52,371 bases of DNA from Deltaproteobacteria bacterium (GTDB taxonomy: Bacteria > Myxococcota_A > Polyangia > Polyangiales > B10-G4), in assembly GCA_003647065.1 (NCBI GenBank), contig QMMC01000002.1, positions 1 through 52,371 on the forward strand. Reading direction: 5' to 3'. Positions 17,770 to 26,079 of the stretch are shown one piece after another. The notes beneath the pieces are model-generated. The model saw nothing but the letters and a program-made list of their open reading frames with translations. It had not been told where the DNA came from and searched no databases. A program made the translations under genes and the position numbers. The stretch's first letter is position 1; every line of letters begins with the position of its first letter.

Positions 17770-19131
17770 ATGTACCTGGCAAGACACTTACTGGCCGCGC
17801 TCCTGATGCTCACGCCGCTCCTCGGCGGATGCCTGAGCCAGGTCGGTGAAGTCGACGGGGAGGAAGTTGGAGCTACCCGGTCGAACTTGACCGCGACCCA
17901 GCGGCGCACCCGAGCCGGAGACATCCGCGATGCGGCCGCCGCCCGGGGCATGACCGAGGGCTGGCTGCTCGCAGGCATCGCCGACGCCGAAACTCAGATG
18001 AGCCACTGCTGGTCCGAGCTGACCTGGGCCTGCCAGGGCCCGACCTCACCGGACTGTGGCGGCGGGCCGATCGTCGCCGGGGCCGGCGACGGCGCGTGCT
18101 CGCTGATGCAGGGCGGCCTCGGCATGTTTCAGTTCGATGCGGGCACCTTCGACGACACCCTGGCCCGGGAGGGAAGCCGGATCCTGACCATCGCGGGCAA
18201 TGCCGACGCGGCGGTCGACTTCGTCGTCGACATGGTGATTCGTTCGACCTACATCTCCGGGGTATCGACGAACGCCGAGGCCGTCGCCTGGATGAACGGC
18301 GTCGCGACAGACAACTCGCGCCTCGAGCCCTGGGCCCAGACCGTCACCCGCTACTACAACGGCTGCCGCGAAACCTCGTCATGTTGGTCGGAGCGGCTCC
18401 CGCGCTACCGAAGCTACGCGGTGAACGTGCACGACGAGATGGGCACGACCTTCTGGGATGTCGGCGGCACTCCCCCGCCGCCTCCCGACGCGGGCACCGG
18501 CACTGACTCGGGCACGCCGCCGCCCACGACGTCCACCTACGGCGCCGAGTTCGTCGGCCAGTCCTTCCCCCGTGCGGGGTCGCCCTTCGAACTGGCCCCG
18601 GGCGAGGAGCGGCTCGGCTACTTCGAGTTCCGGAACGTCGGCACCACGAGCTGGACCCCGGGCTTCACCTTCCTCGGCACGGTCGATCCCCGGGACGGCG
18701 CGAGCGACTTCTACGGCCCGGACTGGACCGCCCCCCACCGCGCCGCGTCGGTCCCACGCTCGGTAACTCCGGGCAACACGGGGCTCTTCGAGTTCACCCT
18801 CCGGGCCCCCACCGTCGCGGGTCAGTATCGCCAGTCGTTCAACCTGGTCGAGGAGGGACAGGGCTGGTTCGCCGACCTCGGCACCAGCCCCCGAGACGGG
18901 GATCTCACCATCATCGTCGACGTCATCGAAGGCCTGACCCCGGGCACGGGCGCAGGAACGGACGGCGGCACCGACCCCATCATCGACCCACCGGGCGCAG
19001 ACGGGGGCATCGGACACCCCGGTGACGGGCGCCTGAGCAGCGGCTGCAGCACGACCAACGCCCCGCCGCCCACGAGCTACGGCCTTGGTCTACTGGTCAC
19101 AGCTGCGTTGTTCCGCCGTCGGCGCCGCTGA
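17770..19131 (+). CDS. Lipoprotein with lysozyme/SLT-like domain, NBR1-type Ig-like domain and MYXO-CTERM anchor
   Basis: GGAG RBS; lipobox LGG|C; AGIADAET, GLGMFQF, RYYNG; Ig-like FRNVGTTSW...FTLRAPTVAGQY; C-terminal SSGCS, hydrophobic helix, RRRRR. Confidence 0.8.
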   Translation: MYLARHLLAALLMLTPLLGGCLSQVGEVDGEEVGATRSNLTATQRRTRAGDIRDAAAARGMTEGWLLAGIADAETQMSHCWSELTWACQGPTSPDCGGGPIVAGAGDGACSLMQGGLGMFQFDAGTFDDTLAREGSRILTIAGNADAAVDFVVDMVIRSTYISGVSTNAEAVAWMNGVATDNSRLEPWAQTVTRYYNGCRETSSCWSERLPRYRSYAVNVHDEMGTTFWDVGGTPPPPPDAGTGTDSGTPPPTTSTYGAEFVGQSFPRAGSPFELAPGEERLGYFEFRNVGTTSWTPGFTFLGTVDPRDGASDFYGPDWTAPHRAASVPRSVTPGNTGLFEFTLRAPTVAGQYRQSFNLVEEGQGWFADLGTSPRDGDLTIIVDVIEGLTPGTGAGTDGGTDPIIDPPGADGGIGHPGDGRLSSGCSTTNAPPPTSYGLGLLVTAALFRRRRR

Positions 19132-19156
19132 GCCCCCGGGCCCCATTCCTCCCGCC

Positions 19157-19183
19157 TTGACACCCCCCCGGGGGGGGGGGGGG
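19157..19183 (+). promoter_or_regulatory. Perfect TTGACA followed by a C7-G14 homopolymer tract
   Basis: ttgaca 19157-19162, C7 19163-19169, G14 19170-19183; no good -10 at 17-nt spacing at this tract length. Confidence 0.35.
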
Positions 19184-19490
19184 AGCTTGGCCGGAAGGGG
19201 GATGAAATGACGATTAGACTGGAAATCGGCGTACTCGCCGTCTCGGCTTGTCTCAGCGCTGTCGTCCGGCGCTTCTCATCCACGATGATGAATTGTTCGG
19301 GGAGGCCGCCCTTCGAAGAGGGGAGCACGTACATCGCGGCACTGGTGAACTCGGCGGGAACACCAGGCGCCTATGAACTCGCTCAAACCGCCGGTGCTCT
19401 CGTGCCTCAGGTCTCCCCTGGCGTATTCGCCATGCAAGGGCGAAACGAGACTACGTGGCGAGAAGTGCGCCGAGCCGCGGGAGGGATGCC

Positions 19491-21146
19491 ATGAAAGCGA
19501 TACGACTGATTTCGATCGCGCTTATCGTGAGCTTCGTGGGGTGGCCCAGTTCCGTGTTCGCGTACTGCACGCAATACAACGGGTATACGCTCCAGAACTG
19601 GGTTGGCTACAACAGCATTCCGGTCTTCGTCGACAAGAGCCTCGCCGGACGGCTCTCACGCCTCGATGGTTCGTTCTGGACCGACACCGAGCTGAGGAGA
19701 GAGGTCTACTGGGCAACACGTCACATCAGTACCTATTCAGGCGCGGATCTACCCCATCTGTACTACGCGGGCCTCTCGCCTGATTGCGGCGGGACGGGTT
19801 CCCCCAATGTCATTGGTCCATGTAACATTCCGAACGCAATCAACCTCACCTACGGCCTTCGTGGAGCCCCTGCCGCGACGGCCGTGGCCGTGGCCGCCTA
19901 CGACGGAATGGTGATCTCGTTCAATGAGCAGCAGAACTACTGGAATACAGCGACATCTGGAGGCGGGACCTTCCTGGGTGCTCTCACCCACGAGCTCCAT
20001 CATACGCTTGGGTTTTCGCATCCATCGAGTTGCGGTCAGAGCTGTGCCTATGGAGAAGCCCCCTGCTCGGCCGTATCGGGCGGCTACGGCGTAGCCGCCG
20101 AGCTACAGCACCTCTACCTTCAAGATCTCCTGGGTCTCCGATCCATGTACGGACCGGCCACCCGGACATCCGAGGACCACCATGAAGAGTACAACCACAA
20201 TGTCGGTACGAGCTGGTGGGATGTGCCGGATCCGCTTCCGTCCTTCCTTCCTTTGGCGGAGGCCTCGGGCGCACCGAGCGCCGCCGGAATGCTCGTGGGT
20301 GGGAGGAGCCCGACCACGCTCCATCCTGTGGTCCACCACTGGGACTGGGCGAGCTTTCTTTGGACGACCTGGGATCCGGATCCGTTCCTGTGGGGACCTC
20401 ACGTTGGTCGAGTCGGCGCCGCGTGGAACCACGACAGCGGCCATGGCATCGTAGGGTGGCAATATGGCGAAACGGTGTGGGTGGCCACCAAAACGCTGAG
20501 TCAAACGCTGTACAGCAGCCCGAGCGGATTCGCGACGACGACTCTCGGTTCGACGACGAGGCGGCCCGGCGTGTCCGTGACCTACCAAGACATCGATGAC
20601 GTATCCATATTCGCGACTCGCAGCAACAGTGGGCAGATTGAGCTTCACTGGGTACACCCGACGTCGGGATACGCGGGCCCCTTCCCGGTATGGGATAGCG
20701 CGACCGGGGCGCCGATGAATGCCTACGACACGCCCAGCGTCGACTGTGGCGACGAGCCCGGATTCTATTACAATTGCCTGCTGGCATGGGCGGCGGATGA
20801 CAATCTCCATACGCTTCGCTGGATGCATTTTGGTATCCACCCGGACGGCTCCGGCAACCTGCAGATCGAGGCGGACGTGGTTCGGGCGGACAACCTGATG
20901 CTCGAGGCGGCACCGCGGGTCATTTTCCGCGGTCCAGCTTCCGGTCCATCGGCCTGGATGCTCGCGTTCACCCAGAAGGCGGGCAGCCTCGCGTCAGACT
21001 ACGTGTTCACCATGCACAAGGGCATACATTGGACCTCGCTTTGGGATCCTCAGACCCTGATGTCGCACGGGCCCTATAACGATACGCACGTCGCGTCCGC
21101 CCTGGGCTCGGCCAACCTGGATGTCGAACTCCTGGTGACGAACTGA
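19491..21146 (+). CDS. Secreted metzincin-type zinc metalloprotease with C-terminal Trp-rich beta domain
   Basis: RBS GGAGG; signal ending VFA|Y; extended zinc motif HELHHTLGFSH; DLLGLRSMYG resembles the matrixin C-terminal helix. Confidence 0.82.
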   Translation: MKAIRLISIALIVSFVGWPSSVFAYCTQYNGYTLQNWVGYNSIPVFVDKSLAGRLSRLDGSFWTDTELRREVYWATRHISTYSGADLPHLYYAGLSPDCGGTGSPNVIGPCNIPNAINLTYGLRGAPAATAVAVAAYDGMVISFNEQQNYWNTATSGGGTFLGALTHELHHTLGFSHPSSCGQSCAYGEAPCSAVSGGYGVAAELQHLYLQDLLGLRSMYGPATRTSEDHHEEYNHNVGTSWWDVPDPLPSFLPLAEASGAPSAAGMLVGGRSPTTLHPVVHHWDWASFLWTTWDPDPFLWGPHVGRVGAAWNHDSGHGIVGWQYGETVWVATKTLSQTLYSSPSGFATTTLGSTTRRPGVSVTYQDIDDVSIFATRSNSGQIELHWVHPTSGYAGPFPVWDSATGAPMNAYDTPSVDCGDEPGFYYNCLLAWAADDNLHTLRWMHFGIHPDGSGNLQIEADVVRADNLMLEAAPRVIFRGPASGPSAWMLAFTQKAGSLASDYVFTMHKGIHWTSLWDPQTLMSHGPYNDTHVASALGSANLDVELLVTN

Positions 21147-21147
21147 T

Positions 21148-21510
21148 ATGCGTTTGCGCTGGGCATGCTGGGTGTCCGTGGCGAGCCTGGTGACGATCAC
21201 CGCCTGTGCGGACAGCCATGACGGCATCCGCCCGGCGGGGTCCTACGATCCGCCGTGCGGCGAGGGAAGCATCGAGTGGACCGACGAGCAGTGCTTTCGC
21301 AACGATGCGAGTCGAGAGGAACGCTGCATGCCGCGCGGCGACGGGCTCTGCTACGAGCACTGCGAGGAGGATGCGGACTGCACGGATTCGGGGAGGCCTC
21401 ATTGCGCCGAACTCAAGCTCGATCGCGGCGGTGTTGGCGCGTGCATCGACCCGATCGGTGAAATCGTTTGGGTCTGCCGAGACATGCCATATCGCGTATG
21501 TGAACTCTGA
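21148..21510 (+). CDS. Small Cys-rich lipoprotein
   Basis: Starts 1 nt after the protease stop; lipobox ITA|C; about 10 Cys in the mature region. Confidence 0.7.
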   Translation: MRLRWACWVSVASLVTITACADSHDGIRPAGSYDPPCGEGSIEWTDEQCFRNDASREERCMPRGDGLCYEHCEEDADCTDSGRPHCAELKLDRGGVGACIDPIGEIVWVCRDMPYRVCEL

Positions 21511-21847
21511 ATCCCAGCGAACGACAGAACACAGCCGAGCCAGGACTCTTGAACATTGGGGGCCCCGAGTCTCGACTTTGGCGGATTCGAAGAGGGGTTG
21601 AGACCAACGAAGCGTGGGCGGCGAGGCAGCCTTGGGCGAGCGTACGGGGCCGCTTCACCAGCCCCGGCCAACGCTCGCAGCTGAAAAGCCGCGGTATTCC
21701 AGGGTCGGCCCCTCCCGCGCGGCCGGCCAACGCGGTTCGTTCTTCACCAAACTCGAGGTGAGCCGGCGCCCGCGGTAGTGGCTGGCCAAGTCCGCCCAAA
21801 CTGCGCGCCTCGACCCAAGTCGCGACGGAGGGTAGGCTCCCGCCGCG

Positions 21848-22714
21848 ATGGCGATCCGGGATCTCGGCTACCGGCCCTACGAGGGCGAACGCCTACCGGC
21901 GTCACACAACACGGTGGTTCTCCTCCGCCACGGCCTGACCCGGGCGTGGGGGTCCTGGCTGGTGAAGATCGCGGCCTTCACCGCCTGGGCACCTGCCCTC
22001 ATCGCGATGTTCTACCTCGGGACGATGACCTGGATCATGCAGCAGCAGGCGGGGCAGATGCCTGGCCAGGAACTGCCACCCCCCCCCGGGGCCGACTTCG
22101 TGAAGGCGCTCTTCGCGTGGCAGTTCTGGGGCTTCCTCTCGCTGATCGGGGTCGGAGCAGGGGCTGGGGCAATCGCCGAGGACATCACCTTCAAGGCGTT
22201 CTCCTTCTACTTCGCCAAGCCGGTGACGCCTCCGCAGTACCTCGCCGGACGCATCGCCGCCGTCGCCATCTGGTGCTTCGCCCTCACCTTCCTGCCGAGC
22301 TTCCTGGTCGTGGGCATGCTCGCCGGCATCTCGCCCGAAGAGATGCGCGTCGAGCAAGCGGGCCTCATCCTCCCAGCCCTGCTGCACTCGGTCTTGATCA
22401 GCGTGGTCGTCGCGACCGGGTCGGTCGGCATGAGTTCGCTCTCCGGGAGCCGCGCCCTGACCATGAGCGCCTGGCTCATCGTCCTGGTCATCCCGCAGAT
22501 CCTGGCGTTGATCGTCGACACGATCGCGGACTGGCCCTGGCTCTACCTGGTCTCGATCTACGAGCTGCTCTCCATCGTCGGGGACGCGCTCTTCCGCATC
22601 GAACCCGCCAACGACCTCCGTTGGTACTACGCGCTGCCACTGCTCGGGCTCGTCGTCGCCGGGGCGCTGGCCATGGCATGGCGGCGGGTCCGCGGCGTCG
22701 AGGTGATCGCGTGA
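21848..22714 (+). CDS. ABC-2 type transporter permease
   Basis: About six TM helices; AIAEDITFKAFSFYFAKPVTPPQYLAGR motif; N-terminal IRDLGYRPYEG. Confidence 0.88.
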   Translation: MAIRDLGYRPYEGERLPASHNTVVLLRHGLTRAWGSWLVKIAAFTAWAPALIAMFYLGTMTWIMQQQAGQMPGQELPPPPGADFVKALFAWQFWGFLSLIGVGAGAGAIAEDITFKAFSFYFAKPVTPPQYLAGRIAAVAIWCFALTFLPSFLVVGMLAGISPEEMRVEQAGLILPALLHSVLISVVVATGSVGMSSLSGSRALTMSAWLIVLVIPQILALIVDTIADWPWLYLVSIYELLSIVGDALFRIEPANDLRWYYALPLLGLVVAGALAMAWRRVRGVEVIA

Positions 22715-23757
22715 GCGACGAGATCGGCATCCGAGCGATTCGCCTGTCGAAGTGGTACGGCAAGGTCACGGCGCTCCAAGACGTGTCCCTGCACCTCGAG
22801 CCCGGGCTCTGGGGTCTCCTCGGCCCCAATGGCTCGGGTAAGACGACCTTCCTCCGGTGCATCGCCGGGCAATTGAAGCCGAGCCTCGGGGAGGTGCGGG
22901 TCTGCGGGGAGCGGCCCTTTGCCAACCCCCGAGCCCTCCGGCGCATCGGGCTCTGCCCCGAAGCCGACGCTCTCTACGACGACCTGACGGGCCTCGAGTT
23001 CGTGACCTCCCTGGCCCGCCTCTCCGGCTACGACGCCGACGAAGCGCTGAAACGTGCCAAAGAGGCTCTCGAGAGCTTCGGCCTCGAGGACGCGATGAAC
23101 CGCAAGATCGGCGGTTACAGCCGCGGCATGCGGCAGCGGGCGAAGCTCGCCCAGTCGGTCGTGCACGACCCCGACGTGCTGCTCCTCGACGAGCCCCTCA
23201 CCGGGACCGATCCAACGTCACGGGCGGTCATCCTCGAACAGCTCAAGAAGCGCGCCGACGAGGGGGCCGTCGTGCTCTTCTCGACCCACGTCCTCCATGA
23301 GATCGAGGGCCTCACGGACCAAGTCCTGCTCATCGCGCGGGGTCAGGTCGTCGCCCAGGGCAAGGTGCACGAGATTCGGGACCTCCTCGAAGAGCACCCG
23401 CACCACGTCCGGGTGCAAACGGACCAGCCAAGGGCCCTGGCCGCCGCCTTGATGGCCGTCGAGGGGGTCGTCGGGGTGAGCTTCCTCGCGAACAACACGG
23501 TGGAGTTCATGACCCGCGACCCCGACGCGACCTATACGACCCTCGCCAACGAGGCCGTCGCCAAGGGCTTCTCCATCGAGAGCATCACCAGCCCCGACGC
23601 GAGCCTCGAGGCCCTCTTCCACTACCTGGTCGAGCGCAGCAACCGCGGCGCGGGGACCGGTGCCGACGCGGGCAGCGGGAGCGTCATGAGCCCCGACTAC
23701 CAGCCGGGGCTCTCCCCCGGCCAGCAAGCCAAATCGCCGGCGGGAGCTTCGTCGTGA
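22711..23757 (+). CDS. ABC transporter ATP-binding protein
   Basis: GPNGSGKT, YSRGMRQR, LLLDEP, STH; GTG overlaps the permease stop. Confidence 0.95.
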   Translation: MSDEIGIRAIRLSKWYGKVTALQDVSLHLEPGLWGLLGPNGSGKTTFLRCIAGQLKPSLGEVRVCGERPFANPRALRRIGLCPEADALYDDLTGLEFVTSLARLSGYDADEALKRAKEALESFGLEDAMNRKIGGYSRGMRQRAKLAQSVVHDPDVLLLDEPLTGTDPTSRAVILEQLKKRADEGAVVLFSTHVLHEIEGLTDQVLLIARGQVVAQGKVHEIRDLLEEHPHHVRVQTDQPRALAAALMAVEGVVGVSFLANNTVEFMTRDPDATYTTLANEAVAKGFSIESITSPDASLEALFHYLVERSNRGAGTGADAGSGSVMSPDYQPGLSPGQQAKSPAGASS

Positions 23758-24542
23758 GCCCTCCCCCCCTCCCCGGCTTCGGCGCGTCGGTCGCGGCTAT
23801 CTTCCAGCTCTCGGTCCGCCGGATCCTCCGCGGAAAGAAGCTCCGGGTGGGCGGGGCGGCGGTCGGCATGGTCATCTTCGCCATCATCGCGGCGCGCTAC
23901 GCCCAGGGCAGCGACGACCCGTCCGAGCTCGTCGGCCTCGGCATCGGCCTCGGCTTCTTCGATTTTCTCGTCTACCTCCTGCCCTTCCTGCTGACCGCCG
24001 GCGCGATCGCCGAAGAGGTCGAAGGGCGCACCTTCCAATACCTCGCCTCGCGGCCGGTCAGTCGCTTCGCGATGGCCCTCGGCAAGTATCTCGCGGGGAC
24101 CACGCTCAGCGTCGCCCTCCTCGTCGGCGGCCTCCTGCTCCTGCACCTGGGCTGTTACCTGACCACGCCGACGCCGATGATCGACGAGCTCCCCGCGACC
24201 CTCCGGGCCGCCGGAGTGCTCACCATGCTCACCTTCCTCTACGGGGCGATCTGCATGTTCTGGGGCGCCGTGGCGACGGAAGCCGCGGGCATCGTCAGCG
24301 CCCTCTACCTCGCGGTCATGGAGCTGGGCTTCGGCAAGCTGCCCTTCTTCATCCGCTTCATCTCGCTGAACTTCCTCGGGGCCGAGCTCGCGGGCTTGCC
24401 CCGCCGGGGCCTCTTGCCGGACACCGTGCCGGAGCTGGTCGTCTGGGCCGGTGCGGCGGCCATCCCCGTCGTGACGATCACCTTCCTCGCCTTCGTGGCG
24501 ATGGTGGTCAGCTCGAGCGAATATCGCTTCGGGCGCGCGTGA
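23754..24542 (+). CDS. ABC-2 type transporter permease
   Basis: TM helices; AIAEEVEGRTFQYLASRPVSR...LGKY motif. Confidence 0.9.
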   Translation: MSPPPLPGFGASVAAIFQLSVRRILRGKKLRVGGAAVGMVIFAIIAARYAQGSDDPSELVGLGIGLGFFDFLVYLLPFLLTAGAIAEEVEGRTFQYLASRPVSRFAMALGKYLAGTTLSVALLVGGLLLLHLGCYLTTPTPMIDELPATLRAAGVLTMLTFLYGAICMFWGAVATEAAGIVSALYLAVMELGFGKLPFFIRFISLNFLGAELAGLPRRGLLPDTVPELVVWAGAAAIPVVTITFLAFVAMVVSSSEYRFGRA

Positions 24543-25177
24543 AGGTCGACGCTCACATCAGCCGGGTGAGCGCGAAGGTCCGAGACGGCGCCCTCCATCG
24601 CCACGACGGTGGGCGCTACGGCGGGGGCAGCGCCTTCGCCGTAGCCTTCGGCCTCGGCCTCCCACGGACGTGGCGCATCTCGACCGACTCGGTGCTCTCG
24701 GGTTTCGAGCAGGGCCTCGCGGCGAGCCCTCGCCGGGGCGGAGACCGGCTCAAGGATGCCTACACGGCGTGCCGGGAGAGCCTTTCCGCCAGCGCCGAAG
24801 CGCTCATCGAGCGGGCAATCCCCGACGCGGCCTTCGTCGCGGTCCTCGTCGACGCCGGGCAGCTCCATGTCACGGCGACCGGCCCCGTGAGGGTGTACCT
24901 GCACCGTCGGGGAAAAGCACGGCGCCTGACGGATCGCAACGAAGACCCCCGGGGCATGCTCGGCGGCTCTTCGATGACCATCAATCTCGCCCTCGAGCCC
25001 GCCGACATCGTGCTCCTGGGTTCTGCATCCGCCTTCAGCGCGAAGGCCATCGACAAGCTCGCCAGCGTGCTCGAAGCCGACCACGATGCGCCGCCGGCGG
25101 TAATCGCGTCCCTGCTCACCGAGCCCGCGGCCCAGGCCGGGGCCGGGGCTGCGGCCGTCGTGTTCCGCGTGCGCTAA
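24539..25177 (+). CDS. PP2C/PPM-fold protein lacking catalytic aspartates (putative pseudophosphatase)
   Basis: Motif order matches PPM: FAVAFGLG, LHVTATGPVRVYLHRRG, LEPADIVLLGSAS, GAGAAAVVFRV; GTGA-coupled to the permease. Confidence 0.65.
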   Translation: MKVDAHISRVSAKVRDGALHRHDGGRYGGGSAFAVAFGLGLPRTWRISTDSVLSGFEQGLAASPRRGGDRLKDAYTACRESLSASAEALIERAIPDAAFVAVLVDAGQLHVTATGPVRVYLHRRGKARRLTDRNEDPRGMLGGSSMTINLALEPADIVLLGSASAFSAKAIDKLASVLEADHDAPPAVIASLLTEPAAQAGAGAAAVVFRVR

Positions 25178-25265
25178 GTCAAGGCTGGGGTACGGAGTTT
25201 CGAGGGCTCGGGCGGCAAACAAATGCCGGTTGCCCGACCCGGTCCCCGCTCCTAGACTCGGCGCC

Positions 25266-25955
25266 ATGCGAGCCCATTTCGTCCTTTTCCTAACCGTGAT
25301 CGCCGCCCTCTTCACGCTCCCCGCCGCCGAGGCCGCGGCCCAGCGGGTGGTCTACCAGCAGCCCGCCGAACAACCCCAGATGGGCCCGGTCACGGTGAGC
25401 AACGCGCCGCCAAGCCAGCGCGATCCCGACCGCATCCGCACGTGGGGCCAGGTCGACTTCGGCTCGCCGATCTTCTACGACGTAGACTCGGACGTCGTCC
25501 GCCCCGGCTTCAACTTCGACCTCCGCGGCGGCATACTGAAGAACTTCTTCGGCGGCTTCATGCACGCGGGCGCGTCCTGGAACAACATCGACCTCGAGCA
25601 CGTGCCGGGCTGGGCCGGCTACGGCAACGACTCCCTCAAGCGCCTCTACTTCGGCTTCGGCGGACGGCTGATGTACGCCGAGGGCAAGGTCAAGCCGTAC
25701 GTCGACCTGGCCATCGACTTCAACTTCTGGAACTTCCGCGAGACCTCCTACGGCTGCGGCTATTGGTACTGCTCCACCTACGACCACTACCGCTTCGCCC
25801 TCGGTTGGAGCAGCCGGGCGGGGATTCAGATCGCCATCAACGAGATGATCGCCATCGACCTCGGCGTGAGCTTCGAGATGAGCTATGCGGGCGACTTCTT
25901 CGACCGGACGGTCTATTGGATGACGCCGTCGGCCGGCATCTCGATGTTCCGCTGA
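25266..25955 (+). CDS. Outer-membrane beta-barrel protein (OmpA/OmpW-size)
   Basis: Signal peptide ending AAA|Q; alternating aromatic/Gly beta strands; terminal strand PSAGISMFR. Confidence 0.75.
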   Translation: MRAHFVLFLTVIAALFTLPAAEAAAQRVVYQQPAEQPQMGPVTVSNAPPSQRDPDRIRTWGQVDFGSPIFYDVDSDVVRPGFNFDLRGGILKNFFGGFMHAGASWNNIDLEHVPGWAGYGNDSLKRLYFGFGGRLMYAEGKVKPYVDLAIDFNFWNFRETSYGCGYWYCSTYDHYRFALGWSSRAGIQIAINEMIAIDLGVSFEMSYAGDFFDRTVYWMTPSAGISMFR

Positions 25956-26079
25956 AGGCGGGGGCGTCGTGCTCGGGCCCGTGGTGAACGCCAATGGGCA
26001 GCTCTCGAACTGAAGCGCAGCTCACAGTCGCCGGGGTAGCCCTGGAACCGCCCTACCCTCGCTGCTAGCCTTCATTTCG

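Noticed and set aside
19207-19494. 95-aa ORF overlapping the protease start (ATGA)
   Set aside because: No recognisable motif or convincing signal; cannot be supported, though a small leader gene is not excluded
21511-21847. Short repeated words (ccggccaacgc, cttcacca, ccgcggta) in the intergenic gap as possible ncRNA or IS ends
   Set aside because: Too short and irregular; no terminal inverted repeat or recognisable RNA family
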